Assembly: GCA_046290465.1 (NCBI GenBank)
Contig: JBKAGP010000001.1
Span: 6,336,001 to 6,400,000 of the forward strand
DNA from: Planctomycetota bacterium
GTDB lineage: Bacteria; Planctomycetota; UBA1135; UBA2386
DNA: 64,000 nt
Direction of reading: 5' to 3'
Both the position numbers and the translations under genes were made by a program. Within the stretch, counting starts at the first letter, position 1. Each line of letters starts with the position of its first letter. This document shows, piece by piece, positions 10,034 to 20,541 of the stretch. Under the pieces are notes generated by a model. That model had not been told where the DNA came from and searched no databases. It saw only the letters and a program-made list of their open reading frames with translations.

Positions 10034-10099
10034 GCGCGCCGGGCCGGGCGCGCCGGGCTGGGCGCGTCGGGCTGGGCGCGTCGGGCTGGGCGCGTCAGG
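10034..10099. repeat. 14-bp G-rich tandem repeat, 4.7 units, between convergent genes
   Basis: gcgcgccgggccgg gcgcgccgggctgg gcgcgtcgggctgg gcgcgtcgggctgg gcgcgtcagg. Confidence 0.85.
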
Positions 10100-10724
10100 C
10101 CTGGACGTGCCGCTGCACGAACGCGGCGGTGCGGCCCCACAGGTCGTGCCAGTCCTCGCCGCGCATCAGGTGTTCGCTGTCCGGATACTCGAACAGCTCG
10201 GCGCCGTGCCGCTGCGCGAACGCGCGTCCCGGCGCCGGCGGCACCGCCTGATCGCGGCCGGCGAGGCCGAGCAGCAGCGGCGCGTGGTCGCGCTCCACCT
10301 GCTCGTCGTCGATCAGGTGCGGTGCCGCCAGCAGCGCCGCGATCGCGTCGAAGCTGCACGGCGGCCGCAGCGCGCCGAGCGCCGCGAAGCCGCCCATCGA
10401 GATGCCGACCAGGACCACGCGGCGGGCGCCGCGCGCCCGGCACTCGCAGGCCAGCCGACGCAGCTCCGGGATCCAATCGCGCGCCAGCCCGACGATCGCC
10501 GCGCGGCGCTCTGCTTCGTCGAGTCGGGCGATGCGTTCGAGCCGGCCGTCGTCGCGGCGGCCGTGGCCGGGCGCGTCGGGCAGCAGCACCTCGATGCCGT
10601 CGCCGCCGAACGCGCGCCCGTCGCCGCGGTGCACCGCGCCGTTGGCGCCGTAGCCGTGCAGCACGATCACGCTGCCGCGCAGTTCGCCGACGTGGGGGAT
10701 GCGTTCTGGCGTGGCCGGATGCAC
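10095..10724 (-). CDS. Alpha/beta hydrolase (esterase-like)
   Basis: VIVLHGYG, D.PGHG, nucleophile GISMGG, D..VP and His in DSEH. GTG start at 10724 lies 6 nt after TACGAT. Confidence 0.85.
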   Translation of the reverse strand: MHPATPERIPHVGELRGSVIVLHGYGANGAVHRGDGRAFGGDGIEVLLPDAPGHGRRDDGRLERIARLDEAERRAAIVGLARDWIPELRRLACECRARGARRVVLVGISMGGFAALGALRPPCSFDAIAALLAAPHLIDDEQVERDHAPLLLGLAGRDQAVPPAPGRAFAQRHGAELFEYPDSEHLMRGEDWHDLWGRTAAFVQRHVQA

Positions 10725-10760
10725 GCGCGCATCGTATCGGCCGCGCGTATGCTGGCCGCC

Positions 10761-11330
10761 ATGAACTCGCCGCTGCGCCATGTCACCCGCTGCCTGGTCG
10801 GCGGCATCGTCGCGCTGCTGCCGATCGGCGGCACGGTGCTCGGCGTCGTCTACCTCGAGAAGACGCTGAGCGAGTCGTTCCGTGACCAGGGCTGGTACTT
10901 CTGGGGACTGGGCCTGCTGGTCGCGCTGCTGGCGATCTACGTCGTCGGCCTGTTCGTCACGACGTTCGTCGGCCGCTGGCTGTGGCGGGCGCTGGACAAA
11001 TTGCTCGAACGGCTGCCGCTGGTCGGCACGCTCTACCAGTCGCTCAAGGAGGTGCTCGGTTACGACACCGATCGCGACCGCTTCTTCGAATCGGTGGTCG
11101 CGGTGAAGGTCGGCGAAGGCTTCGAGATCGGGCTCGTCACCGGCACGGCGGACGGTCCCGATGGCACCGAGCACACGCTCGTGTTCGTGCCGAGTTCGCC
11201 GAATCCGACCAACGGGCGGTTGTTGTTGCTGCCTCCGGGTCGCATCCAGAAGCTCGATCTGCGCGCGGCGGACGCCCTACGCGGGCTGGTGTCGATGGGC
11301 AAGACCCCGTTGAAGTCGGACGACGCCTGA
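10761..11330 (+). CDS. DUF502 family membrane protein
   Basis: Two TM helices, LLERLPLVGTLYQSLKEV and VFVPSSPNPTNG motifs. Confidence 0.9.
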   Translation: MNSPLRHVTRCLVGGIVALLPIGGTVLGVVYLEKTLSESFRDQGWYFWGLGLLVALLAIYVVGLFVTTFVGRWLWRALDKLLERLPLVGTLYQSLKEVLGYDTDRDRFFESVVAVKVGEGFEIGLVTGTADGPDGTEHTLVFVPSSPNPTNGRLLLLPPGRIQKLDLRAADALRGLVSMGKTPLKSDDA

Positions 11331-11388
11331 CGACGCATCCGCCTCGTTGTTGCAATCGAACCGTCGCTTGCGGATCGTCTTTGCACCC

Positions 11389-12074
11389 ATGACCTGGCTG
11401 TCCTCCTTCTGGCGGTCGTCGATCGGCGCCAAGGTGACCATGGCGGTCACCGGTTTGGCGCTGTTCGGCTTCGTCGTTATGCACCTGCTCGGCAACCTGC
11501 AGCTCCTGCAGGGCCCCGACAAAATCAACGCCTACGCCAAGTGGCTGCACGACCTGGGCCCCTTGCTGTGGGTGGCCCGGATCGGCCTCCTGGTCGTGTT
11601 CGTGCTGCACGTGGTGACCGCGATCCGGCTGTCGCAGGCCAACAAGGCCGCGCGCCCGGTCGCCTACCAGCGGCCCAACACCGTGCAGGCGTCGATGGCG
11701 TCACGCTCGATGGTGCTGAGCGGCCTGTCGCTGCTGGTGTTCGTGATCTACCACCTGCTGCACTTCACGTTCGGCGTCACCAACCCGTCGCACCACGAGC
11801 TGAAGGGCAAGGGTGCCGACGGCCACGACGTCTACGCGATGGTGACGGCGAGCTTCGGCAACCCGGTGATCGCGATCGCCTACGCGGCCTTCCAGGTCGT
11901 GCTGTTCCTGCACCTCAGCCACGGCGTGCAGAGCCTCGCGCAGACGCTGGGGCTCCACCACGCCCGATACACCCCGATGATCAAGACCGTGTCGTTCGTG
12001 CTCGCGCTGGCGATCGCCGGCGGCAACGTGCTGCTCGCCATGTCCGTGCAACTCGGCCTCGTGGAGGTGGCGCG

Positions 12075-12078
<4 letters not shown>
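11389..12078 (+). CDS. sdhC: Succinate dehydrogenase/fumarate reductase cytochrome b558 subunit
   Basis: SSIGAK..MAVTG...HLLGNL, multiple TM helices with heme-ligand His, directly upstream of sdhA. Confidence 0.92.
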
Positions 12079-13984
<1,906 letters not shown>

Positions 13985-13985
<1 letters not shown>

Positions 13986-14809
13986 TGAAGGTCACCCTCC
14001 ACATCTGGCGTCAGAGCAAGCCGAGCACGAAGGACGACTTCGCGCAGGACGGCAAGATGGTCCGCTACGAGCTAGACCATGTCTCCGCGGACATGTCGTT
14101 CCTCGAGATGCTCGACGTGCTCAACGAGGACCTGATCAAGAAGGGCGAGGACCCCGTCGCGTTCGACCACGACTGCCGCGAAGGCATCTGTGGCTCGTGT
14201 GGCGTGATGATCGACGGCGTCGCGCACGGGCCTGAGAAGGGCACGACCGCCTGCCAGCTGCACATGCGCAGCTTCCAGGACGGCGCCGAGATCTACATCG
14301 AGCCGTGGCGCGCCAAGGCGTTCCCGGTGATGCGCGACCTGGTCGTCGACCGCAGCTCGTTCGACCGCGTCGTGCAGGCCGGCGCCTACGTATCGGTCAA
14401 CACCGGCGCGCCGCAGGACGCCAACGCGATCCCGGTGCCGAAGAGCGACGCCGACAAGGCGTTCGACGCCGCGACCTGCATCGGCTGCGGCGCCTGCGTC
14501 GCGTCCTGCAAGAACGCCTCGGCGATGCTGTTCGTCGGCGCCAAGGTGTCGCACTTCGCGCACCTGCCACAGGGCCGCGTCGAGCGCACCGAGCGGGCCC
14601 GCAGCCTGGTCGAGGCGATGGACGCCGAGGGCTTCGGCAACTGCACCAACCAGTACGAGTGCGAGGCGGTCTGTCCGAAGGAGATCCCGGTGCGGGTGAT
14701 CGCCGACATGAACCGCGAGTACCTGCGCGCGAAAGCCGTCGAGGAAAGTAGCTGTCGATCGACTGGTCATCCTCCGACTGCCGCTGCGCTCGCGGAAGTT
14801 GGAGGATGA
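13985..14809 (+). CDS. sdhB: Succinate dehydrogenase/fumarate reductase iron-sulfur subunit
   Basis: [20 protein letters not shown] and [12 protein letters not shown] clusters. TAATG overlap with sdhA. Confidence 0.95.
14767..14809. terminator. Long stem-loop at the end of the sdh operon (overlaps the last codons of sdhB)
   Basis: tcatcctccgact (14767-14779) pairs with agttggaggatga (14797-14809), with an inner ccgc/gcgg stem. There is no clear U-tract. Confidence 0.45.
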
Positions 14810-14910
14810 ACCAGGTACCGTACGGCAAGTCGGTGGGCTTACATGGTGCTTGCGATGCGGGGGGTGGGGACGGGTTAGAGTCCGGTGCACGTCGCCGATC
14901 AGGACCCGCC

Positions 14911-16557
14911 ATGAAGACCCAACTGCTCTGCTCTGCCTTCACGTTCCTCGCGGCGCTGCCGGCGCAGGAGCCCACGACACCCTCGAGCATGCCCGTTCGC
15001 GAGCTGACCGCGTTCAAGGACGGGCACGCCTACGTGCTGCGCGACACCGAACTGCAGAAGTCGGCGGACGGCACCGTGGTGCTCGACGAACTGCCGACGC
15101 CGGTGCTCGGGACGTTCTGGCCGTTCGTGTCGGGCGGCGATGCGCGGCTGGTCTCGGCTCGTTCGGGCCGTGACGAGGTCACGGTCGAGCGGCCCGCGGT
15201 CAGCGTTCTCGAACTGGCCGCAGCCAACGTCGGCAAGGTGGTGACGCTGGAGCTCGCCGACGGCGCGGACGTGTCGGGCAGGCTGCGGGCGATGCCGAAG
15301 CACGACGGCGGCGGCAGCATCCTGCTGGTCGAAGTCGGTGGCGGCGTCCGCGCGATCGCGACCACGCGCGTGCGCGGCATCAGCATCGCCGGCGAGTGCG
15401 CCGTGACGATCGAACAGCAGCGGCAGCAGGCCCGCATCGTGCTCGACGTCGAAGGCGGTGGCGACGGCGCCCGCGTCGGGGTCGTCTACGTCGAGAAGGG
15501 CTTCCGCTGGATCCCGTCGTACCACGTCGACCTCGGCGACGACGGCCGGGCGAAGGTGCAGCTGCAGGCGACGCTGGTCAACGACCTCGTCGACCTCGAC
15601 GGCGCGACCGTCAACCTGGTCGTCGGCGTGCCGAAGTTCGCGTTCGCGGACATGGTCGATCCGATCGCCCTGCAGCAGCGCACCTCGCAGGTGGCGCACG
15701 CGGCGCGGCAGCAGCAGCAGTTCTCCAACTTCCTCGGCAACTCGCTGACGACCCAGGTCGCCGGCTACGCGGTGCCGCAGGGTGGCCAGCCGGCGGCGCA
15801 GCCGGGGCCCGACGTCGGCGCCGGCGAGGCGGCCGAGGACCTGTTCGTGTTTCCGGTGACCGGCGTGCGGCTGAAGAAGGGCGAACGGCTGATCGTGCCG
15901 GTGACCAGCTTCGAGCTGCCGTACGAGGACGCCTACCGCCTCGACGTGCCGATGGCGCCGCCGATGGAGTACCAGCGCGGCCTCAACGACCAGCGCGTGA
16001 TCGAGCTGGCGCGCCAGCTGGCGGCGCCGAAGGTCGTGCACCTGCTGCGTTTCGACAACACCGGCCCGGGTCCGCTGACGACCGCGCCCGCGTTGGTGTT
16101 CGCCAAGGGCCGGATCCTGGCGCAGGGGCACATGAAGTACACGCCGCGCGGCGCCAAGGCCGACCTCGAGATCAACACCGCGATCGACGTCTGCATCGAG
16201 ACCGAGGAGCACGAGACCGGCCGCGAGGACAACGTCCGGATGCGCGACGCGCGCTACTCCAAGATCGACCTGACCGGCACCATCGAGTTGCACAACGCCA
16301 AGTCGGAGCCGGTCGAGGTCGAGGTCACGCGTCGCGTGCTGGGCCACGTCGACGAGGTCGACCGCGACGGCCAGAAAGTGCAGCTGGACCTGGTCGGTGC
16401 ATGGGCCGATTCGCCACGGCCGCAGTGGTGGGGCTGGTGGAGCTGGCCGTGGTGGTGGTACCACCACAACGGCTTCGGCGAGTGCCGCTGGACGGTGAAG
16501 CTCGAAGCCAACCAACGGGTCGCGCTGACCGCCCGCTGGCACTACTACTGGCGCTGA
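14911..16557 (+). CDS. Secreted DUF4139/DUF4140-like protein
   Basis: Signal peptide ending LPA-Q, plus LTAFKDGHAYV, Y..KGFRWIPSY and DLFVF motifs typical of this family. Confidence 0.7.
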   Translation: MKTQLLCSAFTFLAALPAQEPTTPSSMPVRELTAFKDGHAYVLRDTELQKSADGTVVLDELPTPVLGTFWPFVSGGDARLVSARSGRDEVTVERPAVSVLELAAANVGKVVTLELADGADVSGRLRAMPKHDGGGSILLVEVGGGVRAIATTRVRGISIAGECAVTIEQQRQQARIVLDVEGGGDGARVGVVYVEKGFRWIPSYHVDLGDDGRAKVQLQATLVNDLVDLDGATVNLVVGVPKFAFADMVDPIALQQRTSQVAHAARQQQQFSNFLGNSLTTQVAGYAVPQGGQPAAQPGPDVGAGEAAEDLFVFPVTGVRLKKGERLIVPVTSFELPYEDAYRLDVPMAPPMEYQRGLNDQRVIELARQLAAPKVVHLLRFDNTGPGPLTTAPALVFAKGRILAQGHMKYTPRGAKADLEINTAIDVCIETEEHETGREDNVRMRDARYSKIDLTGTIELHNAKSEPVEVEVTRRVLGHVDEVDRDGQKVQLDLVGAWADSPRPQWWGWWSWPWWWYHHNGFGECRWTVKLEANQRVALTARWHYYWR

Positions 16558-17247
16558 GTGCAAGAACACGACTTCCAACGCGACGGCCATTCGGTGCACG
16601 CGGACGTGCTGGCGCCGGCGCTGGTGGCGCCCGTCACCGCGGCCTTCGGGCAGCTGCTCGCAGACGGCGCCGGCGAACGTGCGGCGCTGTCGCACCCCGC
16701 GATCGAGGCGTTGGCTCGCTCCCACGAAGTGCGCCGGCTGGTCGAGCCGGTGCTCGGGGCCGCCGCGTTTGCGTTCCGGGCCACGTTGTTCGACAAGTGC
16801 GCCGACCGCAACTGGCCGGTCGCCTGGCATCAGGACCGTACGGTTCCTGTACAGCGACGCATCGACGCCGCCGGCTATCGCAACTGGTCCCACAAGGGCG
16901 CCGTCTGGTTCTGCGAACCGCCGCGGTCCGCGCACCAGGACCACCTTGCGGTGCGCGTCGACCTCGACGGCTCGGGCCCGGACAACGGCGGCCTGCGTGT
17001 CCTGCCGGCGAGCCACCGCGATGGCGTGCTGACGCCCGAGCAGATCGCCGCCGCCGTCGCGGAGCGGTCGCCGCGATGCCCCGAAGTTGTCGCGGGCGGA
17101 GCGCTGCGCATGCGCCCGCTGCTGCTGCATTCGTCGCGAAGGTCGCTGGTAGCGGGACATCGGCGCGTCGTGCACTTCGAGTTCGCCGCCCGCGAGCTGC
17201 CCGGTGGGGTGCGGTTCGCTGCCCGGATCGGTGCGGCCCAGGAATAG
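16558..17247 (+). CDS. Phytanoyl-CoA dioxygenase (PhyH) family Fe(II)/2OG oxygenase
   Basis: F.RDG, LFDK....NW.VAWHQD, DNGGLRVLPASH, LLHSS and RRV.H.E motifs. Confidence 0.88.
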   Translation: MQEHDFQRDGHSVHADVLAPALVAPVTAAFGQLLADGAGERAALSHPAIEALARSHEVRRLVEPVLGAAAFAFRATLFDKCADRNWPVAWHQDRTVPVQRRIDAAGYRNWSHKGAVWFCEPPRSAHQDHLAVRVDLDGSGPDNGGLRVLPASHRDGVLTPEQIAAAVAERSPRCPEVVAGGALRMRPLLLHSSRRSLVAGHRRVVHFEFAARELPGGVRFAARIGAAQE

Positions 17248-17388
17248 CAGGGACCCCGGCGCGTCTGAGCACGTGTCGCAGTCACGAGCTTGCAGGCGCG
17301 ATCGTGGCGGATGGCCTGGCCGGGAGTTTCCCCGGCGCTCGCACATCCTTCACGGCCTGCGGTTCTGCTGCCGATGTTGGAGAGCACG

Positions 17389-17811
17389 ATGTCCACCCCC
17401 CTCGACGAGACCCCCCTCGACCAGCCCCTCATCGGAGGGGACTTCGCCGCCGTGCGCGCGCGCTACGGCGCGCCGCTCGGTTGCTCGCACGAGGAGGGGG
17501 TGCTGCGACTGACCTACCTCGGCCCGGACGGCAACGCGATCGACGGCGCGATCGAGCTGACCGACGGCGTCGTCGCCACCGAGCACGTCGGTCTGCACCC
17601 GACCCCGACCGGCAGCGGCGACCGCTGCGTCGGCCAACCGATCGAGTGCATCCTGCCGAGGTTGGGCGCGCCGGACCGGGTGGTCTCGCGCGACGACTGC
17701 ACGCGGCTCGAGTTCGCCGACTGCGTCGTGACGGTCTACGGCGGGGTGATCGTCTGCGTCGTGCCGATCCTGCCGTCGGTGACGGCGCCTACACCGCGAG
17801 CATCAGCGTGA
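17389..17811 (+). CDS. Hypothetical protein with an internal duplication
   Basis: Coding-like codon usage. Two related halves: LIGGDFAAVRARYGAP... and CVGQPIECILPRLGAPD.... The 3' end overlaps the end of mgtE. Confidence 0.55.
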   Translation: MSTPLDETPLDQPLIGGDFAAVRARYGAPLGCSHEEGVLRLTYLGPDGNAIDGAIELTDGVVATEHVGLHPTPTGSGDRCVGQPIECILPRLGAPDRVVSRDDCTRLEFADCVVTVYGGVIVCVVPILPSVTAPTPRASA

Positions 17812-19180
17812 CCATCACCAGGTAGATCGCGGCGCCGGTCAGATCGGCGATCGCGGTCACCGCCGGCGTGCTGATCATCGCCGGGTCGCCGCGCAGCCGT
17901 TTGACCACCAGCGGCGTCAGCGCGCCGAGCAGAGCGGCGCTGAGCACGTGGCCGACCATCGCCGCGCCGATCGCAGCGCCGGCCATCAGCACCAGCTCGA
18001 GCGTGTCGCCGGTGTCGCGCACCTTGCTGACCAGCAGCGTGTCGAGGAACGCGATCGCGCCGAGCAGCACGGCCATCAGGCCGGCGACCCGGAGTTCCTT
18101 CCACAGCACGCGGGTCAGCGTGGTCTTCTCGACGTCGCCGACCGTCAGCGCGCGGATCACCAGCGCGCTCGCCTGGGTGCCGACCATGCCGCCGGTCGCC
18201 ATCACCATCGGCAGCAGCGACGTCAGCAGCACCATCTTCTCGAGCGTCGCCTCGAACGCGATGATCACCGTCGACGTCGTGACCCAGAACAGCGCCAGCA
18301 GGCAGATCACCGGCGCCCGGCGCCGCACCTGGCGCAGCACCGGCTCGTCCATGTAGTCGTAGTCGCCGGGCTCGACGCCGTGGCCGGTGACGCCGGCCAT
18401 CTTCTCGAAGTCCTCCTGCGCCTCCTCCTCGACGATGTCGACGGCGTCGTCGTGCGAGACGATGCCGACCAGGTTGCCGACCGAGTCGACCACCGGCAGC
18501 GCGATCAGGTCGTAGTCGCGGATCAGGCGTGCGGCCTCCTCCTGGTCGGCGTCGGCGGTGATCGAGACCAGGTCGGTCTTCATGACCTCTTCGATCTTCT
18601 CGTCGGGATCGGCGAGGATCAGGTCGCGCAACGACACGAACCCGACCAGCTGGCCGGCGCGGTCGAGCACGTAGCTGTAGTAGATCGTCTCCTTGCTCGG
18701 CGCCTGCCGCCGCAGCGCGCCGATCGCGCTGCGCGCGGTCGCGGTCGGGCTCAGCACCGCGTACTCGGTGCTCAGGATCGCGCCGACCTGGTCCTCGTCG
18801 AACGTGTCGCGGCGCAGCAGGTCCTCGCGCGCCGCTGCCGACAGCATCGGGATCAGGCGCCGGCGGATCGAGTCGTCGAGCCGTTCGAGGAAGCCGGCGC
18901 GGTCGTCGGACAGCATGCCCTGCAGCACGTGCTGCACGCGTTCGCGGCCGGCGCCGTCGACGTAGGCTTCCTGCACCTCGGGGTCGAGGTAGCCGAACAC
19001 GTCGCGTTCGAAGTCGCCGGGCAGGTGCGCCAGCACCGACGCGATCTCCTCGACGTCGAGACCTTCGAGGATCGTGGCTGCGTCGCTCGGGTGCATGTCC
19101 TGCAGCACCTCGACGAGGTCCTGGTGCCGCCCTTCGGCGAGCAGTTCCCGGATCTCAGGTGTCAACAGGTGGAATCGCAT
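17789..19180 (-). CDS. mgtE: Magnesium transporter MgtE
   Basis: MgtE_N (MHPSDAA), a CBS pair (YSYVLD, LIALPVVD...GIVSHDD), and TM motifs PMVMATGGMVGTQ and DPAMISTP.VT..AD. Confidence 0.95.
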   Translation of the reverse strand: MRFHLLTPEIRELLAEGRHQDLVEVLQDMHPSDAATILEGLDVEEIASVLAHLPGDFERDVFGYLDPEVQEAYVDGAGRERVQHVLQGMLSDDRAGFLERLDDSIRRRLIPMLSAAAREDLLRRDTFDEDQVGAILSTEYAVLSPTATARSAIGALRRQAPSKETIYYSYVLDRAGQLVGFVSLRDLILADPDEKIEEVMKTDLVSITADADQEEAARLIRDYDLIALPVVDSVGNLVGIVSHDDAVDIVEEEAQEDFEKMAGVTGHGVEPGDYDYMDEPVLRQVRRRAPVICLLALFWVTTSTVIIAFEATLEKMVLLTSLLPMVMATGGMVGTQASALVIRALTVGDVEKTTLTRVLWKELRVAGLMAVLLGAIAFLDTLLVSKVRDTGDTLELVLMAGAAIGAAMVGHVLSAALLGALTPLVVKRLRGDPAMISTPAVTAIADLTGAAIYLVMVTLMLAV

Positions 19181-19333
19181 GCCGATCTGCCGTTCGCGCC
19201 GCGGAACGTTAGCCACTCCGTTCGTTGGATGCACTTCCCCGCAAACCGTTTGCGTGGGGAGGGAGTGGGCGTCGTGATGCCGCCGCGGCCTCGGTCGCCG
19301 CTTCGCGACTACCGTCTCCGGAGTGGAGGAAAC

Positions 19334-19410
<77 letters not shown>

Positions 19411-19451
19411 ACCTTCGATCCGGCGGCTCTGGGCCGCGAATCGAGCGCGAA

Positions 19452-19480
19452 AACGTAGCCACCGTCGGGGGCTTCGTCAA
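19452..19480 (-). promoter_or_regulatory. Sigma70 promoter of tRNA-Pro
   Basis: TTGACG - 17 nt - TACGTT on the minus strand. Confidence 0.7.
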
Positions 19481-19517
19481 GCGTTCTCGATGCCTGCGAC
19501 CCAGATCGGGACCAGCT

Positions 19518-19919
19518 TTATCGCACCGCGGCGGTCGCCTCGAGTTCGAGCAGGCAGCCGTGGTGCAGGCCACCGCAAGGGATGATCGCGCGGGCCGGCT
19601 TGTGGTCGCCGAACCAGGCGGCGTAGGTGCGGTTGACCGCGTCCCAGTGCTCGATGTCGCTGACGTAGATGCGGACCTGCAGCACGTGTTCGCGGTCGCT
19701 GCCGGCGGCCTGCAGCAGGTTGTCGAGGTTGTCGAGCGCGCGCACGGTCTGCGCCTCGATGCCGTCGGGCACCGCCCGCGTCCGTGGATCCATCGGCAGC
19801 TGGCCGCTGACGAACAGCAGGCCGCCGTGCTCGACGACCGGAGAGTAGTGGCCGGCGGGGGTGGGGATGCGCGGGTCGTCGGGGACGTTCATGTCGGGAA
19901 TGGTCGTGCCGGGGGTCAT
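19518..19919 (-). CDS. RidA/YjgF/YER057c family protein
   Basis: P.GHYS, LFVSGQLP, W..VN..Y...FGDHKPAR and LELEATA motifs. Confidence 0.93.
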   Translation of the reverse strand: MTPGTTIPDMNVPDDPRIPTPAGHYSPVVEHGGLLFVSGQLPMDPRTRAVPDGIEAQTVRALDNLDNLLQAAGSDREHVLQVRIYVSDIEHWDAVNRTYAAWFGDHKPARAIIPCGGLHHGCLLELEATAAVR

Positions 19920-20422
19920 GGCCTTGCGGCCGCGATTCGCTCGAACTGGTGGGTGGTCGGGTGGCGGCGAATCCGGTCGTGGCGGTCGACGATGCCGTGC
20001 ATGGCGACGTAGACGCCAGGCTCGGCCAGCTGCAGCGCGCCGACCGCGCAGCCGACGTTCATCGGCGAGTCGGAATCGGCGAACCGCTCGGGCCGCATCG
20101 CGCCGGTCAGCACCACGCGCTTGTGGGCGACGCGCCGGGCGAGGAACGCCGCGGTCTCGAGCAGGGTGTCGGTGCCGTGCGTGACGACGACGTGGTCGTT
20201 GCGGTCGTCGTCGATCAGCTGCGCCAGCCGAGCGCGGTCGGCGTCGTCGATCTCGCTGCTGTCCTTCTGGAACGCGGTGCGCACGTCGAACGCGAACGAC
20301 GGCTGCCAGCGGCGCAGCAACCGTTCGGTCGCGGGTTCGCCGAACTCGAACGCGTAGCCGCCGGAGCTGCGCGGGTAGTCCTTGTCGATGGTGCCGCCGG
20401 TCTGCACGAACGTGATCCGCAT
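19916..20422 (-). CDS. Short asparaginase-domain protein (N-terminal catalytic domain only)
   Basis: TGGTIDK, THGTDT and LTGAM.P motifs. 168 aa. ATGA-coupled to the RidA gene. Confidence 0.88.
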   Translation of the reverse strand: MRITFVQTGGTIDKDYPRSSGGYAFEFGEPATERLLRRWQPSFAFDVRTAFQKDSSEIDDADRARLAQLIDDDRNDHVVVTHGTDTLLETAAFLARRVAHKRVVLTGAMRPERFADSDSPMNVGCAVGALQLAEPGVYVAMHGIVDRHDRIRRHPTTHQFERIAAARP

Positions 20423-20541
20423 GCGGTCATCGTGCCATGCACGCCGGTCCGGCGTCGCGCGCGTTCTGCGGTTCGCGGCCGGTTGCCGGTGGCGCAGGAA
20501 GGAACTGGTGGCGCAGGATGAACCGGGTTCGGTATGCGGTG

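Noticed and set aside
8917..10099. Short repeats as a CRISPR array
   Set aside because: The units are contiguous 14-mers without unique spacers, and there are no cas genes.
19181..19333. Possible Mg2+-sensing leader (M-box or Pro-rich MgtL-like peptide) between tRNA-Pro and mgtE
   Set aside because: There is no independent leader ORF or M-box consensus. An extended -10 (TGnTAACGT) lies just upstream of mgtE, and the hairpin near 19236-19260 more likely ends the tRNA transcript.
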